Shown one piece after another: positions 48,783 through 59,048 of a stretch of DNA of 64,000 nucleotides (position 1 is the stretch's first letter; each line of letters starts with the position of its first letter). The DNA lies in the IMG/VR virus record IMGVR_UViG_3300036942_000180, positions 33,795-97,794 of that record; one strand, 5' to 3'. A program made the position numbers and the translations under genes. This stretch comes from a virus. The notes under the pieces are model-generated. The model had not been told where the DNA came from. It did not search any database and saw only the letters and a list, made by a program, of their open reading frames with translations.

Positions 48783-49238
48783 TTATTCCTCCTTATTTAA
48801 TTTATTTTCCATTACGCATTTTTTAAGTTCTTTCTTACTCACTTTTTTAATGACAGACTTTTTTACATAAGGATTATGAGCTTTAATTTCAAAACTGTTA
48901 ATATTATCTATTAAATCTTTAAAGACCATCGAGTAATTTTTCAGAACCTTAAGATCGATATCATTTAAATCGTCAGTATTGAATTTATAAGAATATCTTT
49001 CAAAATGAGAAAATATTCTTTCTACTATGATGACATCAATGGTTTCACCATTAATCACAACATTCATTTCATTATTTAGCGTTGCTTTCTTCCAGACCTT
49101 CGAAACCTCTATATTATTGAAGGTTGATTCAATATTATATTGGCTTTCATCTATTTCTTCCACAAATACTTCATTTTCATTAAATTTTGTTACAAGTTGC
49201 AACAAATTTCTTTGAAGTATATCTTTAATGTTATCCAT
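48783..49238 (-). CDS. Hypothetical protein with C-terminal motif
   Basis: Ends KKCVMENKLNKEE. Confidence 0.65.
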   Translation of the reverse strand: MDNIKDILQRNLLQLVTKFNENEVFVEEIDESQYNIESTFNNIEVSKVWKKATLNNEMNVVINGETIDVIIVERIFSHFERYSYKFNTDDLNDIDLKVLKNYSMVFKDLIDNINSFEIKAHNPYVKKSVIKKVSKKELKKCVMENKLNKEE

Positions 49239-49864
49239 TAATCATCATCCTTATTTAATTTATTTTCCATTTTCAATTTTTTGACCATTACATCAACATT
49301 CTCTTCTTCTATTTCATTTACTATCTTTAAATTCTTATATTCTCTATAAATATATTTATCTGATATTATATCTTTATTAATATCATATTCTTTTAATTTT
49401 TCATCAACTATTGATTTTACTTTATAAAAATAATTTTTATATCCCTTAATTCTCTGTTTACTACTTTTAGAATTTAACATGATGTTTATGATATACTTAA
49501 TTTCTATAATATTTTCACTATTATATGGATGAATATGAATTTCAAATCCGTTTTCTCCATATTTATCAGTAGTATTTACTATCAATATTTCTTTTTCATC
49601 ATCTTCGTGTCTATATTTATTAACATCTATCAATTCTATATTTTCGTCATCCTTAGAAAAATTTCCTCTTTCTCGATAATGGTAATAATCTGAGATGAAA
49701 TAACTATAGATGTCTAAAGCTAATAATCTACACTTATTATAATTATTCAATTTCATTATTAAACCCCCTTTATTAATTTTACCAACTAGTTCCATTTTTA
49801 TTGTATGAATAAGGAGTTGAAAGATCATTGAAGAAATCTTTGATATCAGAAAAACTATCTTCAT
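49238..49864 (-). CDS. Hypothetical protein with C-terminal motif (true start probably MKLNNY)
   Basis: Ends KKLKMENKLNKDDD. Confidence 0.65.
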   Translation of the reverse strand: MKIVFLISKISSMIFQLLIHTIKMELVGKINKGGLIMKLNNYNKCRLLALDIYSYFISDYYHYRERGNFSKDDENIELIDVNKYRHEDDEKEILIVNTTDKYGENGFEIHIHPYNSENIIEIKYIINIMLNSKSSKQRIKGYKNYFYKVKSIVDEKLKEYDINKDIISDKYIYREYKNLKIVNEIEEENVDVMVKKLKMENKLNKDDD

Positions 49865-50297
49865 CTTTATCTTGGAGATTTACGTCATTCAATCTATTTT
49901 CTAATAATTGTTTTTTAAACTCTTCACTGGTCATTTTTATTATATCTAACTCATCTGCTTCTTTATTAATTATATAAATATTAACTAGTTTAACGTATCC
50001 AATTATATTTTTCATGGATTGCTCTATTGCAAACAACATCCTATTTACTATATCTTCATTGGTATAAATATCCCTAGCTGAATGGTAAGCTTCCATTCTA
50101 ATATTCAATTCATCATCTTCGGTAAACATCAATTTTAATCTAAACGAATCACTTCCGTGTCCTGTAAAGAACTTATTGAAATGTAAGTTCAATCCATTAT
50201 TTATCTTAGATAATCTAAAATCTAAATCATCTTCCATGAATAGATTCACCAAGTTATTATTGATCTTATTCTTTATTTCTTCTAATTCTTTACTCAT
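49779..50297 (-). CDS. Hypothetical protein with near-terminal motif
   Basis: KKQLLENRL about 30 aa before the stop. Confidence 0.65.
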   Translation of the reverse strand: MSKELEEIKNKINNNLVNLFMEDDLDFRLSKINNGLNLHFNKFFTGHGSDSFRLKLMFTEDDELNIRMEAYHSARDIYTNEDIVNRMLFAIEQSMKNIIGYVKLVNIYIINKEADELDIIKMTSEEFKKQLLENRLNDVNLQDKDEDSFSDIKDFFNDLSTPYSYNKNGTSW

Positions 50298-50773
50298 TCT
50301 GATCTCTCCTTCAATTTATTTTCCATCTTGTATTTCTTAATCTTATTATTAATTAAATTAATATCTACCTTCTTTCTATCTATTTCGTTTACATGAGTTG
50401 GCGTGATATTAAAATTTTTAGATAAATAAGTAGAATGTATTATAAAACTATCTATATTATTTTCTAAATCTATTAATATAGGAAGAACTAATTTAATAGA
50501 TTCTTTATCAATATGATTTAACTCCCTTATAAATTTATATTCACCTCTCATATGACCTCTTTCAATATTATCATCAAGTTCTATATCAAGTTCAATAGTT
50601 ATTTTATCACTATCTTTTTCTATTCCTATAACTCTTATTTTTAATCTATTTACTTCAAATATAAAAATATTTCTATTTTTAGAATTATCATATTTAAAGA
50701 ATTCAAAATCAAGCCGACTATTATCGAAGCAAAATTTACCTATATTCCTGTAAAATATTTCTATAGTATTCAT
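50294..50773 (-). CDS. Hypothetical protein with C-terminal motif
   Basis: Ends KKYKMENKLKERSE. Confidence 0.65.
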   Translation of the reverse strand: MNTIEIFYRNIGKFCFDNSRLDFEFFKYDNSKNRNIFIFEVNRLKIRVIGIEKDSDKITIELDIELDDNIERGHMRGEYKFIRELNHIDKESIKLVLPILIDLENNIDSFIIHSTYLSKNFNITPTHVNEIDRKKVDINLINNKIKKYKMENKLKERSE

Positions 50774-51206
50774 CTACTTTACCACCTTCCAGATAATGAT
50801 AATTAAACTTACCTAGCTTTCTTTCCATTATACTTTTTCTTATCATATTAGTAGTTATTATATAATAATATCTGTCATCAAACCATTCACTTAATTCTTT
50901 ATATTTCCAATTAAATTCCATAGCAACTTCAAAATCATCATTATGTTTTCCTTCTTTGTATAAGTTAAATAAGACTTCATAATATAATGAATCAAATGTT
51001 TCTTCTAAATCTAAATAAGAATATTCGTTTGTATTAACTATTTTAAATATCACTAATTTAATATTATCTTTATAATCAACTTTTAATTCAATAAAATCAT
51101 TTGAATAATAATTTCCATTAATAAATGTGTTATCTCCACTTTTTTTATTATAATTTATATTAGAAGAAACTATATCTATAACTTCATCTCTATTCATTGT
51201 GATCAT
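50736..51206 (-). CDS. Hypothetical protein with near-terminal motif
   Basis: RKSIMERKL near the end. Confidence 0.65.
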   Translation of the reverse strand: MITMNRDEVIDIVSSNINYNKKSGDNTFINGNYYSNDFIELKVDYKDNIKLVIFKIVNTNEYSYLDLEETFDSLYYEVLFNLYKEGKHNDDFEVAMEFNWKYKELSEWFDDRYYYIITTNMIRKSIMERKLGKFNYHYLEGGKVDEYYRNILQEYR

Positions 51207-51690
51207 CTCCTATAATAAAATTAACTCCTTTATTTTTTACTTTTAGTTCCATTATTATCTTTTTATATAAATTATCTAAATCTTGTCTCATTGATTGTCC
51301 TCTGCTTTTATCATAATTCCATAATATTAACGTCCCAGGTTTAATTATATTTAATTCATATTTAATTATTATTTTCCTAAGATAATAATAGATATTCTGA
51401 AAGCAGATCTTCCAAAAGTGGTCGACTCCTTCTAGATCGTCATAAGAATTAAAATGAATCTCTATCTCTAAACTATAGTCTTCAAAGATATTTTTAAAGA
51501 TTATATTGAAATTGACCAGTGGATACTCCAGTTTCATCTCTATCTTGTTCTTATCTGTTTTGTATCTATATTCAAACTTAAATTCAAGCTCTTCTAAACG
51601 AGTCAATAACTTTATAGGATTATTTACATCTTTATCATTATATTTCATTAACAGTTTTTCTAGATCTTTTCCAATCAGTTTTAATTCCAT
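51190..51690 (-). CDS. Hypothetical protein with near-terminal motif
   Basis: KKIIMELKV near the end; first gene after early motif. Confidence 0.65.
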   Translation of the reverse strand: MELKLIGKDLEKLLMKYNDKDVNNPIKLLTRLEELEFKFEYRYKTDKNKIEMKLEYPLVNFNIIFKNIFEDYSLEIEIHFNSYDDLEGVDHFWKICFQNIYYYLRKIIIKYELNIIKPGTLILWNYDKSRGQSMRQDLDNLYKKIIMELKVKNKGVNFIIGDDHNE

Positions 51691-51763
51691 TCATTTTTCC
51701 CCCTTTCTGTTAATCCCCTCTAATTAATTTATTCGAAATAAAATTTATTTTTCCTACTCAAAA

Positions 51764-51780
51764 TAATAATATATACTTAA
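51764..51780 (-). promoter_or_regulatory. Early-type promoter motif
   Basis: TTAAGTATATATTATTA, identical to 3367 and 46407 copies. Confidence 0.6.
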
Positions 51781-51790
51781 TTTTGTATTT

Positions 51791-51802
51791 AACAATTCTA
51801 TA
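51791..51802 (+). promoter_or_regulatory. Late-type promoter AACA-N6-TA
   Basis: AACA-ATTCTA-TA upstream of the baseplate module. Confidence 0.6.
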
Positions 51803-51822
51803 ATATAGTGTAATATGAGGGA

Positions 51823-52887
51823 GTGATTTTATTGGAAATTAATGATATCAATGAGTTAGAAAAATATAACTTGAATGGTTTCCTAACGGGGACGGTAATG
51901 ATAAATGATGATCCTAAGAAAGAAGGAAGAATAGGTGTTTGGATGCCTAAATTAATGGGAAACATTAGTAAAAACGGTCAGCCTAAGATGGATAAAGAAA
52001 GCTTTACCAACAATATGCAAGCTAATGAAAATAATATAAATCCCAATTCTCCTATTAGTAACAGTAATTACTGGTGGGTGAGACCTACTAACATGGTAGA
52101 TGTAGCCAAGCAAACTGAGCAGTACAAGGAAAACGGTGATAAAGTAGAGTCATATAATCTAGAGACAGTTCAAAGTTCTCAAGGCTCTTATAGAGTTCCT
52201 AGACTCGGTCAAGAAATCATAGTAATATTTCTTGATGGAGATCCTCAGAAAGGTTATTATTTACCATTGACTCCGACAACAACTCAAGAAGTTATAGATG
52301 CTTTACACATTTATAATAAAGATAATTGGAATGATTTGAGTAAGAAAAAGAATATAGAAGTTATCAGAGAGTATTGGAATGGAAATATAATAGCAGTAGA
52401 CACTAATCCAGAGACTAATACTTTAACTATTACTTTCGATGATGGAGAAGGAAGCAAAGGACATGAATTTAGGATAGAGTATAATGACAATGTGTCACAG
52501 ATCGAAATAACTACTAAAGAAGGTCACAACTTTCTCATAGATGATTACCATAAGAATATTAAGATAAACACTATTAATGGACATTTCATAGAGATGAATG
52601 ACCCTGGCGGAACTGCTGACGATGAAACTTCGGAAGATTACATTCACCTTGAGACAGTCAAAGGGCACAAGATAAAGATGGATGATAAAAACAATGTAAT
52701 AGATATTCAAGATTTTAATGGAAATCAAATAATATTTAAAACTGACAGCAATGATATAGATATTACAGTTGCTAATAATCTTAATATAACTGCTGCAAAC
52801 AACGTTAATGTTAATGCAGGGAACGCTATTAACCATACTGCAGGTAGTGCTATTAATGACAATGCAGGTGCTATCCATCATAATTAA
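51823..52887 (+). CDS. Baseplate central spike (gp5/gpV/VgrG-like)
   Basis: DDPKKEGRI, VPRLGQEIIVIFLDGDP OB-fold; GHxxxxDD repeats; C-terminal beta-helix repeats ending IHHN. Confidence 0.85.
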   Translation: MILLEINDINELEKYNLNGFLTGTVMINDDPKKEGRIGVWMPKLMGNISKNGQPKMDKESFTNNMQANENNINPNSPISNSNYWWVRPTNMVDVAKQTEQYKENGDKVESYNLETVQSSQGSYRVPRLGQEIIVIFLDGDPQKGYYLPLTPTTTQEVIDALHIYNKDNWNDLSKKKNIEVIREYWNGNIIAVDTNPETNTLTITFDDGEGSKGHEFRIEYNDNVSQIEITTKEGHNFLIDDYHKNIKINTINGHFIEMNDPGGTADDETSEDYIHLETVKGHKIKMDDKNNVIDIQDFNGNQIIFKTDSNDIDITVANNLNITAANNVNVNAGNAINHTAGSAINDNAGAIHHN

Positions 52888-52910
52888 TATATGAAAGGAA
52901 TGATTACTAT

Positions 52911-53195
52911 ATGCCAGCGATAACTAGATTAGGAGATGATACAAAAGGACACGGATGCTTTCCAGCCAGACCGAGTGTAGCAGCTAGTGGAGATGTTTTT
53001 GCTAATGGAAAAGGAATGGTTAGATTGGGAGACGCTTATGATACACACTGTTGTGGTCCAGATTGCCATGATGGAGTACTTTCAGCAGGGAGTCCGAATG
53101 TATTCGTTAATGGCAAACCTGTAGGAAGGGTCAATGATCCTGTAGATTGTGGAGACACAGTTGGAGTGGGATCTCCAAACGTTTTTGCCAATTAA
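52911..53195 (+). CDS. PAAR spike-tip protein (T4 gp5.4-like)
   Basis: RLGD x2, GSPNVFVNGKPVGRVND. Confidence 0.92.
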   Translation: MPAITRLGDDTKGHGCFPARPSVAASGDVFANGKGMVRLGDAYDTHCCGPDCHDGVLSAGSPNVFVNGKPVGRVNDPVDCGDTVGVGSPNVFAN

Positions 53196-53211
53196 AGAAG
53201 GAGGTAATTAT

Positions 53212-53667
53212 ATGAAATACAAAGAATTAATAGAACAAAAAGCTGAAGAACACGGAATACCTAGCGATTTATTAAAAGCTTTAATAGAAACTGAATCTAG
53301 TTTTAATACCTATGCAATTAGATATGAAAAAGGATATCCATATTTAGTTGAACCATTCGACCAATTCCATTTCCATACTAATACAGAAAAAGTTTCACAG
53401 CAAATAAGCTGGGGTTTGATGCAAATTTTAGGATCTGTTGCAAGAGAACGTGGCTTTGAAGGAAGATTTAATAGTGAATTAATGGAGCCTGAAGTTGGAT
53501 TAGAATACGGATGTAGGCATCTTAAATATTACTATAATAGATATAATAATTGGAATGATGCTGTTTCTGCATATAACCAAGGAAGTAATAGAAAAGATGA
53601 TGAGGGAAACTATCAAAACCAAAGTTATGTTAACAAAATAATAAAAAGAAAAAAGAAATATAATTAA
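53212..53667 (+). CDS. Lytic transglycosylase (SLT), candidate endolysin
   Basis: ALIETESS, WGLMQI, SAYNQG; RBS GGAGG supports ATG at 53212. Confidence 0.9.
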   Translation: MKYKELIEQKAEEHGIPSDLLKALIETESSFNTYAIRYEKGYPYLVEPFDQFHFHTNTEKVSQQISWGLMQILGSVARERGFEGRFNSELMEPEVGLEYGCRHLKYYYNRYNNWNDAVSAYNQGSNRKDDEGNYQNQSYVNKIIKRKKKYN

Positions 53668-53685
53668 ATCTAGGAGGAATAATTT

Positions 53686-53985
53686 ATGTTAGAAAAATTA
53701 CAAAAAGCTAGAGGAATTTTAGGATTCTTGGCAGAACTGATCCAACACATTATGGATTTTGTAAAGATCGCTGAAAAGGAAGACACTGAAGACGGACAAA
53801 AGCATGGTGCAGAGAAGAAGAAAGTTGTAATGGATCTCATCGACACTGTAGTAGAAGCTTTAGAAGAAAATGGAGTGGAACTTCCAGTTAAAAGGGAAAC
53901 AATTATGGATGTAACAGATAAAGTTATAGATATCGCTGTTGCTTTCTATAATGCAGTTAATTTTTTTCGAAGCAAATCTGAGTAA
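53686..53985 (+). CDS. Holin-like or hypothetical protein
   Basis: Amphipathic N-terminus, GAEKK motif, follows the lysin. Confidence 0.45.
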   Translation: MLEKLQKARGILGFLAELIQHIMDFVKIAEKEDTEDGQKHGAEKKKVVMDLIDTVVEALEENGVELPVKRETIMDVTDKVIDIAVAFYNAVNFFRSKSE

Positions 53986-54270
53986 TATAGACATAGAATA
54001 TTGGACACAAACTAAAGAACAGAGATTCATAAAGATGACCGAAGAAAAATGGAATAAGATAGAGAAAGATATCCGTGAGAAATTTGAAAAAGAGACAGAA
54101 GAAATCCAAGACAACCTATTACAACAAGAAGAATTGGATTTTGACAAAAAGATAGAACAAGCAGGAAAGGATTATTTTGAAAGAAATAGTTAATTCCTAA
54201 ATATAGACCTTTGGATATTATTATATCTGAAGGTCTTTTTATTTTTTATAGATAGGAGTGTATAATAGAG

Positions 54271-54852
54271 ATGTATAAAATTCATAATTATAAAAAGAAT
54301 AAAAGAGATAAAAGAGTCGACCATATAATTCTAACTCAAGCTAAAAATTTATATGAAAAGGGAACTTACTTACAGCCAGATAATATGCTGGGTAGTTACC
54401 ATTATACTTGGGGAGATTGGCAGAAGTATTTTTACGAAGAATTGAAGCGCAGGAGACTTCCTATGCATTATTATACAGAACTTGTAGATCAAGATTATGT
54501 AATATATAAAGGATTGAATAAGTATACGAGAAGTAACTTTCTCCAAGATCTAGTTAAACATCAAATAATACCTTATAGATATTTGGATGCGTTGCTAGTG
54601 GTCATTGGGGAAGATTATACGGTTGACCCTATGGATAAGAGGATGTTCAACCATCTTTCTGACAAATTATTTTCTGAAATTATGTATTATAACGATATTA
54701 ATTTGAACCAAGTTATCTATTTAGATGACATTTTAGTGAGAGATTGGAAGAAATTATTAAAAGATTCTCCACTAGAATATCAGATAGAAACAGCAAAATT
54801 TTTCGACCCGCACTACATGTATATACAGATGAAAGATTATAAGAAGCATTAA
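54271..54852 (+). CDS. Hypothetical protein, possibly degenerate amidase fold
   Basis: HIILT...MHYY pattern. Confidence 0.45.
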   Translation: MYKIHNYKKNKRDKRVDHIILTQAKNLYEKGTYLQPDNMLGSYHYTWGDWQKYFYEELKRRRLPMHYYTELVDQDYVIYKGLNKYTRSNFLQDLVKHQIIPYRYLDALLVVIGEDYTVDPMDKRMFNHLSDKLFSEIMYYNDINLNQVIYLDDILVRDWKKLLKDSPLEYQIETAKFFDPHYMYIQMKDYKKH

Positions 54853-54875
54853 TATGAAGGTAGGTGAATATCTAA

Positions 54876-55316
54876 ATGCCTAAGTTTTCAGAACAGTACG
54901 ATAGTGGAAATTATCCAGATATTAGAGATAGTATAAATAATAGTAAGGGTAATAAACTAAATATCAAAAATGTTAGCGATAAGATAAATTCTAATGATCA
55001 AATTGTATGGACTACTAATAATGTATTTAAGAAATATAAAGATATATTGAGTCAGTACACGATAGAGATTGAACTGAAAGATAACGAAAAATTTAAACCT
55101 CATTTCCTATCCAAGAGATACTACGGAGTTCAAGATCTTTGGTATTTAATACTTTTAATGAATGACATGCATAGCATAATGGAATTCAATAAGAAAAAAG
55201 TGAAAGTGTTTAATAGAAAATATATCGAAATTATTAATAAAATATTAATAGAAAATGAAGATAAGATAGGAAAAATAAGAAAATTAAGTGATTTAACCTA
55301 TAAAAAAATTAAATAA
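54876..55316 (+). CDS. Baseplate wedge protein (T4 gp53-like)
   Basis: KPHFLSKRYYGVQDLWYLILLMN. Confidence 0.75.
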   Translation: MPKFSEQYDSGNYPDIRDSINNSKGNKLNIKNVSDKINSNDQIVWTTNNVFKKYKDILSQYTIEIELKDNEKFKPHFLSKRYYGVQDLWYLILLMNDMHSIMEFNKKKVKVFNRKYIEIINKILIENEDKIGKIRKLSDLTYKKIK

Positions 55317-55323
55317 AAATAAA

Positions 55324-55356
55324 AATCCTAATACATCTATAAAATGTATTAGGATT
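55324..55356. terminator. Terminator hairpin between convergent genes
   Basis: AATCCTAATACAT/ATGTATTAGGATT. Confidence 0.7.
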
Positions 55357-55365
55357 AACTTTATT

Positions 55366-57213
55366 TTAATTAAAACCTAAATTAAATGAATCAGAATCGT
55401 TCATATCTAATTTTTTATTCTTGCTCTTCTTTTGTTTTATCTTAGGTTGTAGATTGCTGTTGGAATTACTCTTTGGAGTGAACTCTTCTAACTCGTCTGC
55501 TAAACTCTCCACGCAGTAATTTTCTCCTGTATTATAATCTTCTTTGAGTTTCATACCATTTTCGAATTCGTAATTAATATATTTCGGTCCAGTTTCTTTA
55601 CCTCTCATTTTCACTCTCTTCATAGCTAAGTACTCTTTATCAGTTGAAACTTGCAGTTCTTTATTAAGAATAATAGCAACATCAGTGTTCTCGACGATCA
55701 ACATTGAATCCCCTACATTGTGCTGACCTAGTAGTTTACCTTTATCAGCCTTCCCATCGGCAACCTCTTCTAATTTTCTGTATGAATCTCTATTAAGTTG
55801 AGAAGCAGTTACTACTGGAATATTATGGGTTTTGGCGATAACGCTGAGTTCATTTACAATAGCCATTCTATATTCATCTAGATTTGTTAGATCTATATAA
55901 GTTTGATACTTCTATATATTTCTATATAGTTTAGACTATATCTTCATCTTTATTATAAGATGTCTTCCTATTTCCACTTCACTTAAAGCGTACTGATAGT
56001 CGTTGAATGTTCTTATTATCAAAATATAATAAGATTCACTGCTTATTACCATAATGGTTTCCAAGCAATTAAGGAAGAACCGGCACTATTGCTGTTTACC
56101 GTACTCTTGATACTTGTTATCACTAAAGCTTTCGATAGATTTAATTCTCTTAATGTAATCATGAATGAGCATTTTAACTTCGTAACCTTCTGTGGCTAAT
56201 TCGTCAATATACGCATCAAGATCAGATGTGTCGATACTTCTATTAGGTTTATATACATTTTTAAAGTTATCAGAAACAAAACCCGCTTTATTAAGTTCGT
56301 AGACCGCTTTTTTAGGACTGAATGTAGCAATTGCAACTTCCTCACCCACAAAATGTGACCAAATTCTTTCAAAAGTTTCTTGATTGGTATTTTCTTGAGA
56401 TACCATCAAGATTAAAGGTTTTTTAGTTGGATCTTCTGTTTGCATATCTTTATTATATTTTAATCCCCAAAGTGCAGAGTTGAGTAACATACCAGATTTC
56501 CACCCACCACTGATAGCAAAATAGGTATATACTCTTCCTGCTTCATAACCATGTCCACCTAACATATCATTTAAACCTTTTAATCCAGTAGTGATGTAAT
56601 TACTATTTTTATTTTTATTATTGATAGTTATTTCTGCAATATTCATTAATGAATCAGAATTATTACCAAAATCAGTCATTTCGTACTTCTTCTTAGCTTC
56701 TACTTCTTTAAGTTTGTTCAATAATGTATTTAAATTACTCGTCAGAGGATTAACTATTTCCATTAGATTTTTAAAATCACCTGTATCTAATTTTAATAGA
56801 AGATTACTTAACTTATCTTTCTTTTTAAATAGTACTTTATACTGTAGCATATTTGAAATTCTTCCATCAATAAAAGCAACCATATCATTACTTAAATCAT
56901 CATCGTTATTAATTAATTCTTGATATATATCATTGATTTCTTTATCAAATTCTCCACCAATTGGATAGTACTTTAACATATTATAATCTTGAATGCCCTT
57001 ATCGATGTAACCTTCTACTAATTTATTAATAAGATAAATCCTAACTTCCATAGCTCTATTATCATTAAAGTCTTCGATATCTATAATATCAAAGAGCTTC
57101 TTAATTTTATAATAAGATTTTTTAGTAACCAGTGTATTCTCTGAGAAAATCATCTGGATAATATTATCTAATAGTGAAATATCTAAGTGTATTTTGTAAG
57201 CATCGCTGTTCAT
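55366..57213 (-). CDS. dnaB: DnaB-like replicative helicase; 2 exons, 537 aa
   Basis: Exons 57213-56098 and 55863-55366; ITTGLKGLNDML, SGGWKSG, VSQEN, IHDYI, EYG|AIVNEL, VTASQLNR. Confidence 0.9.
55864..56097 (-). mobile_element. Group I intron, ORF-less (234 nt)
   Basis: P1 CGGU/GCCG; same mini-intron core and P6a hairpin; terminal G. Confidence 0.9.
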
Positions 57214-57571
57214 AACTAAAAATTACCCCCTGAGTTTGTATTTTTATCTTGATCTGTATTAATTAGTTCGGAAAGTAAAAAATATTTTTTCGTTTAAAAT
57301 TTTTGCTCTGTTTCTCACGTGAGTAATTATTTAGTTTGTCGAGGGAAAAAAATTAACGAGTAAAAAAAGAAAAGCAGATTTATTTCTGCTTTTCTTTTAG
57401 ATTTTGAATGAATTCTCCGATGATGACTTCTTCATTTTCTTTATCATTTAAGTGGATGTTTTCTATTATCTCCTCTTGCTTACTCTCCAGGGCGGTGTTT
57501 TGGAATTGAATCTTATTACTGTTTGGATTAAAATTGATATTACTTTCTTTTTCTTCACTGCTCATTAACTT

Positions 57572-58975
57572 TCACCTCTTATTTAATATTAAACAATGAT
57601 CTATTTTTTCTTTGACATATTTATTAAAGTTATTTATATTTTTTTGATCAATATTATTTTTTAATGAGTTAATTATTATTTCTTCATAATTTGACGAATG
57701 ATGAAGTCTTAATAATTTATTAAAATTGTTATTATTTGAATTTATAAATTCATGTTTGTTTAAATCTAATTTCATCCTATAATCAAAATCTGCATTAAAA
57801 TAGTCTTCTAAATTTTTATTATAAAAATGATATTGTCCATCAACTTCAATTATTAAATTTTTATTAGGTAGATAAAAATCAAATTCTTGTTTTACTTTAT
57901 AGTTACATTTATGATCTCTAAAATAAGGAATAAATTCTATATTTAATTTTTTTAAAATTTTAGAAACTTTCCATTCATAAGATGACATTGTTTTTTTAAA
58001 ACCAAATTTTTCTCTTAATGAATTAATACTACCATGATAGTTATTTAAATATACTAAAAAATTATAATAACCCTCTTCTTGTAATATAGAACTACTAGGA
58101 ATAGTCCCAAATTCTTCTATAATTTTTTCGGCTTCTTTTAATATATTTTCCTCTTTTTTCCAATAATTAGTTGATTTAGTTGTTGGTTCAATTCCAAATT
58201 CTTTTTTTATATCATTAAAACTACCTTTATAATATAAAGTAACTGCACCTAAGAAATTATAATAATTATTATCTCTTAAAATATCAGCAGTTGGAATAGT
58301 CCCAAATTCTTCTATAATTTTTTCAGCTTCTTTTAATATATTTTCCTCTTTTTTCCAATAATTTCTCTTTTTTCTTGTTCTTTTTAAACCAAATTTTTCT
58401 CTTAATTCTTCTAGTCCAAAATTATGATGGATAGCTAAAGCATTAATAATTTTTTTATATTTACTATTTAATAATATAGAAGTTTTAGGAATAGTCCCAA
58501 ATTCTTCTATAATTTTTTCAGCTTCTTTTAATATATTTTCCTCTTTTTTCCAATAAATAGTTGATTTGCGACTATTGGAAACTATACCTAAATCTTGTTT
58601 TAATTGAACTATCCCTCCACCATAATGTCTCTGAACTGCAATTAAAAAACCTGAATTTATTTCTTTATATTTAGGAAAACCACCATTATTATTTGAAGCT
58701 ATTTTTTTAGCTTCTTTTATTATTTTTTCTTTTGTCCAAATATAACCGCCTTTTCTCTTCATTTTAAATTTTATATTATATTTTTTACAATATTTTCTTA
58801 ATGTATTTTTACTTATGTTAATATTTTTTGAAGCTTCATTTAAATTCAAGTATGTTTTAGACAATTCTAATAAAAATTGTTTGAAGGGTTTTTCTCCAAA
58901 CTTTTTCTTTACTAATTTAAAATTAAATATTTTATTTTTAAATAATTCATTAAATTTCTCTTCAGTTATTTTCAT
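57572..58975 (-). CDS. Free-standing putative homing endonuclease with tandem repeats
   Basis: HTH, 65-aa repeats YWKKEENILKEAEKIIEEFGTIP, C-terminal EFDFYLP...IEVDGQYH. Confidence 0.75.
   Translation of the reverse strand: MKITEEKFNELFKNKIFNFKLVKKKFGEKPFKQFLLELSKTYLNLNEASKNINISKNTLRKYCKKYNIKFKMKRKGGYIWTKEKIIKEAKKIASNNNGGFPKYKEINSGFLIAVQRHYGGGIVQLKQDLGIVSNSRKSTIYWKKEENILKEAEKIIEEFGTIPKTSILLNSKYKKIINALAIHHNFGLEELREKFGLKRTRKKRNYWKKEENILKEAEKIIEEFGTIPTADILRDNNYYNFLGAVTLYYKGSFNDIKKEFGIEPTTKSTNYWKKEENILKEAEKIIEEFGTIPSSSILQEEGYYNFLVYLNNYHGSINSLREKFGFKKTMSSYEWKVSKILKKLNIEFIPYFRDHKCNYKVKQEFDFYLPNKNLIIEVDGQYHFYNKNLEDYFNADFDYRMKLDLNKHEFINSNNNNFNKLLRLHHSSNYEEIIINSLKNNIDQKNINNFNKYVKEKIDHCLILNKR
58098..58555. 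repeat. Three 68-bp near-identical direct repeats, 195-bp period (coding)
   Basis: Copies at 58098-58165, 58293-58360, 58488-58555 with one mismatch. Confidence 0.9.
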
Positions 58976-59048
58976 TAATATTTCAATCCCCCTAATTATT
59001 TAAAAAAATTATCCTAGATGCTATCAACATCTAGGAATATTAATAATT

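Noticed and set aside
51823-53195. Type VI secretion VgrG-PAAR locus
   Set aside because: Context is a phage baseplate and lysis module; no T6SS core genes
58098-58555. CRISPR array
   Set aside because: 68-bp repeats with 127-bp spacers at an in-frame 195-bp period inside an ORF; no cas genes
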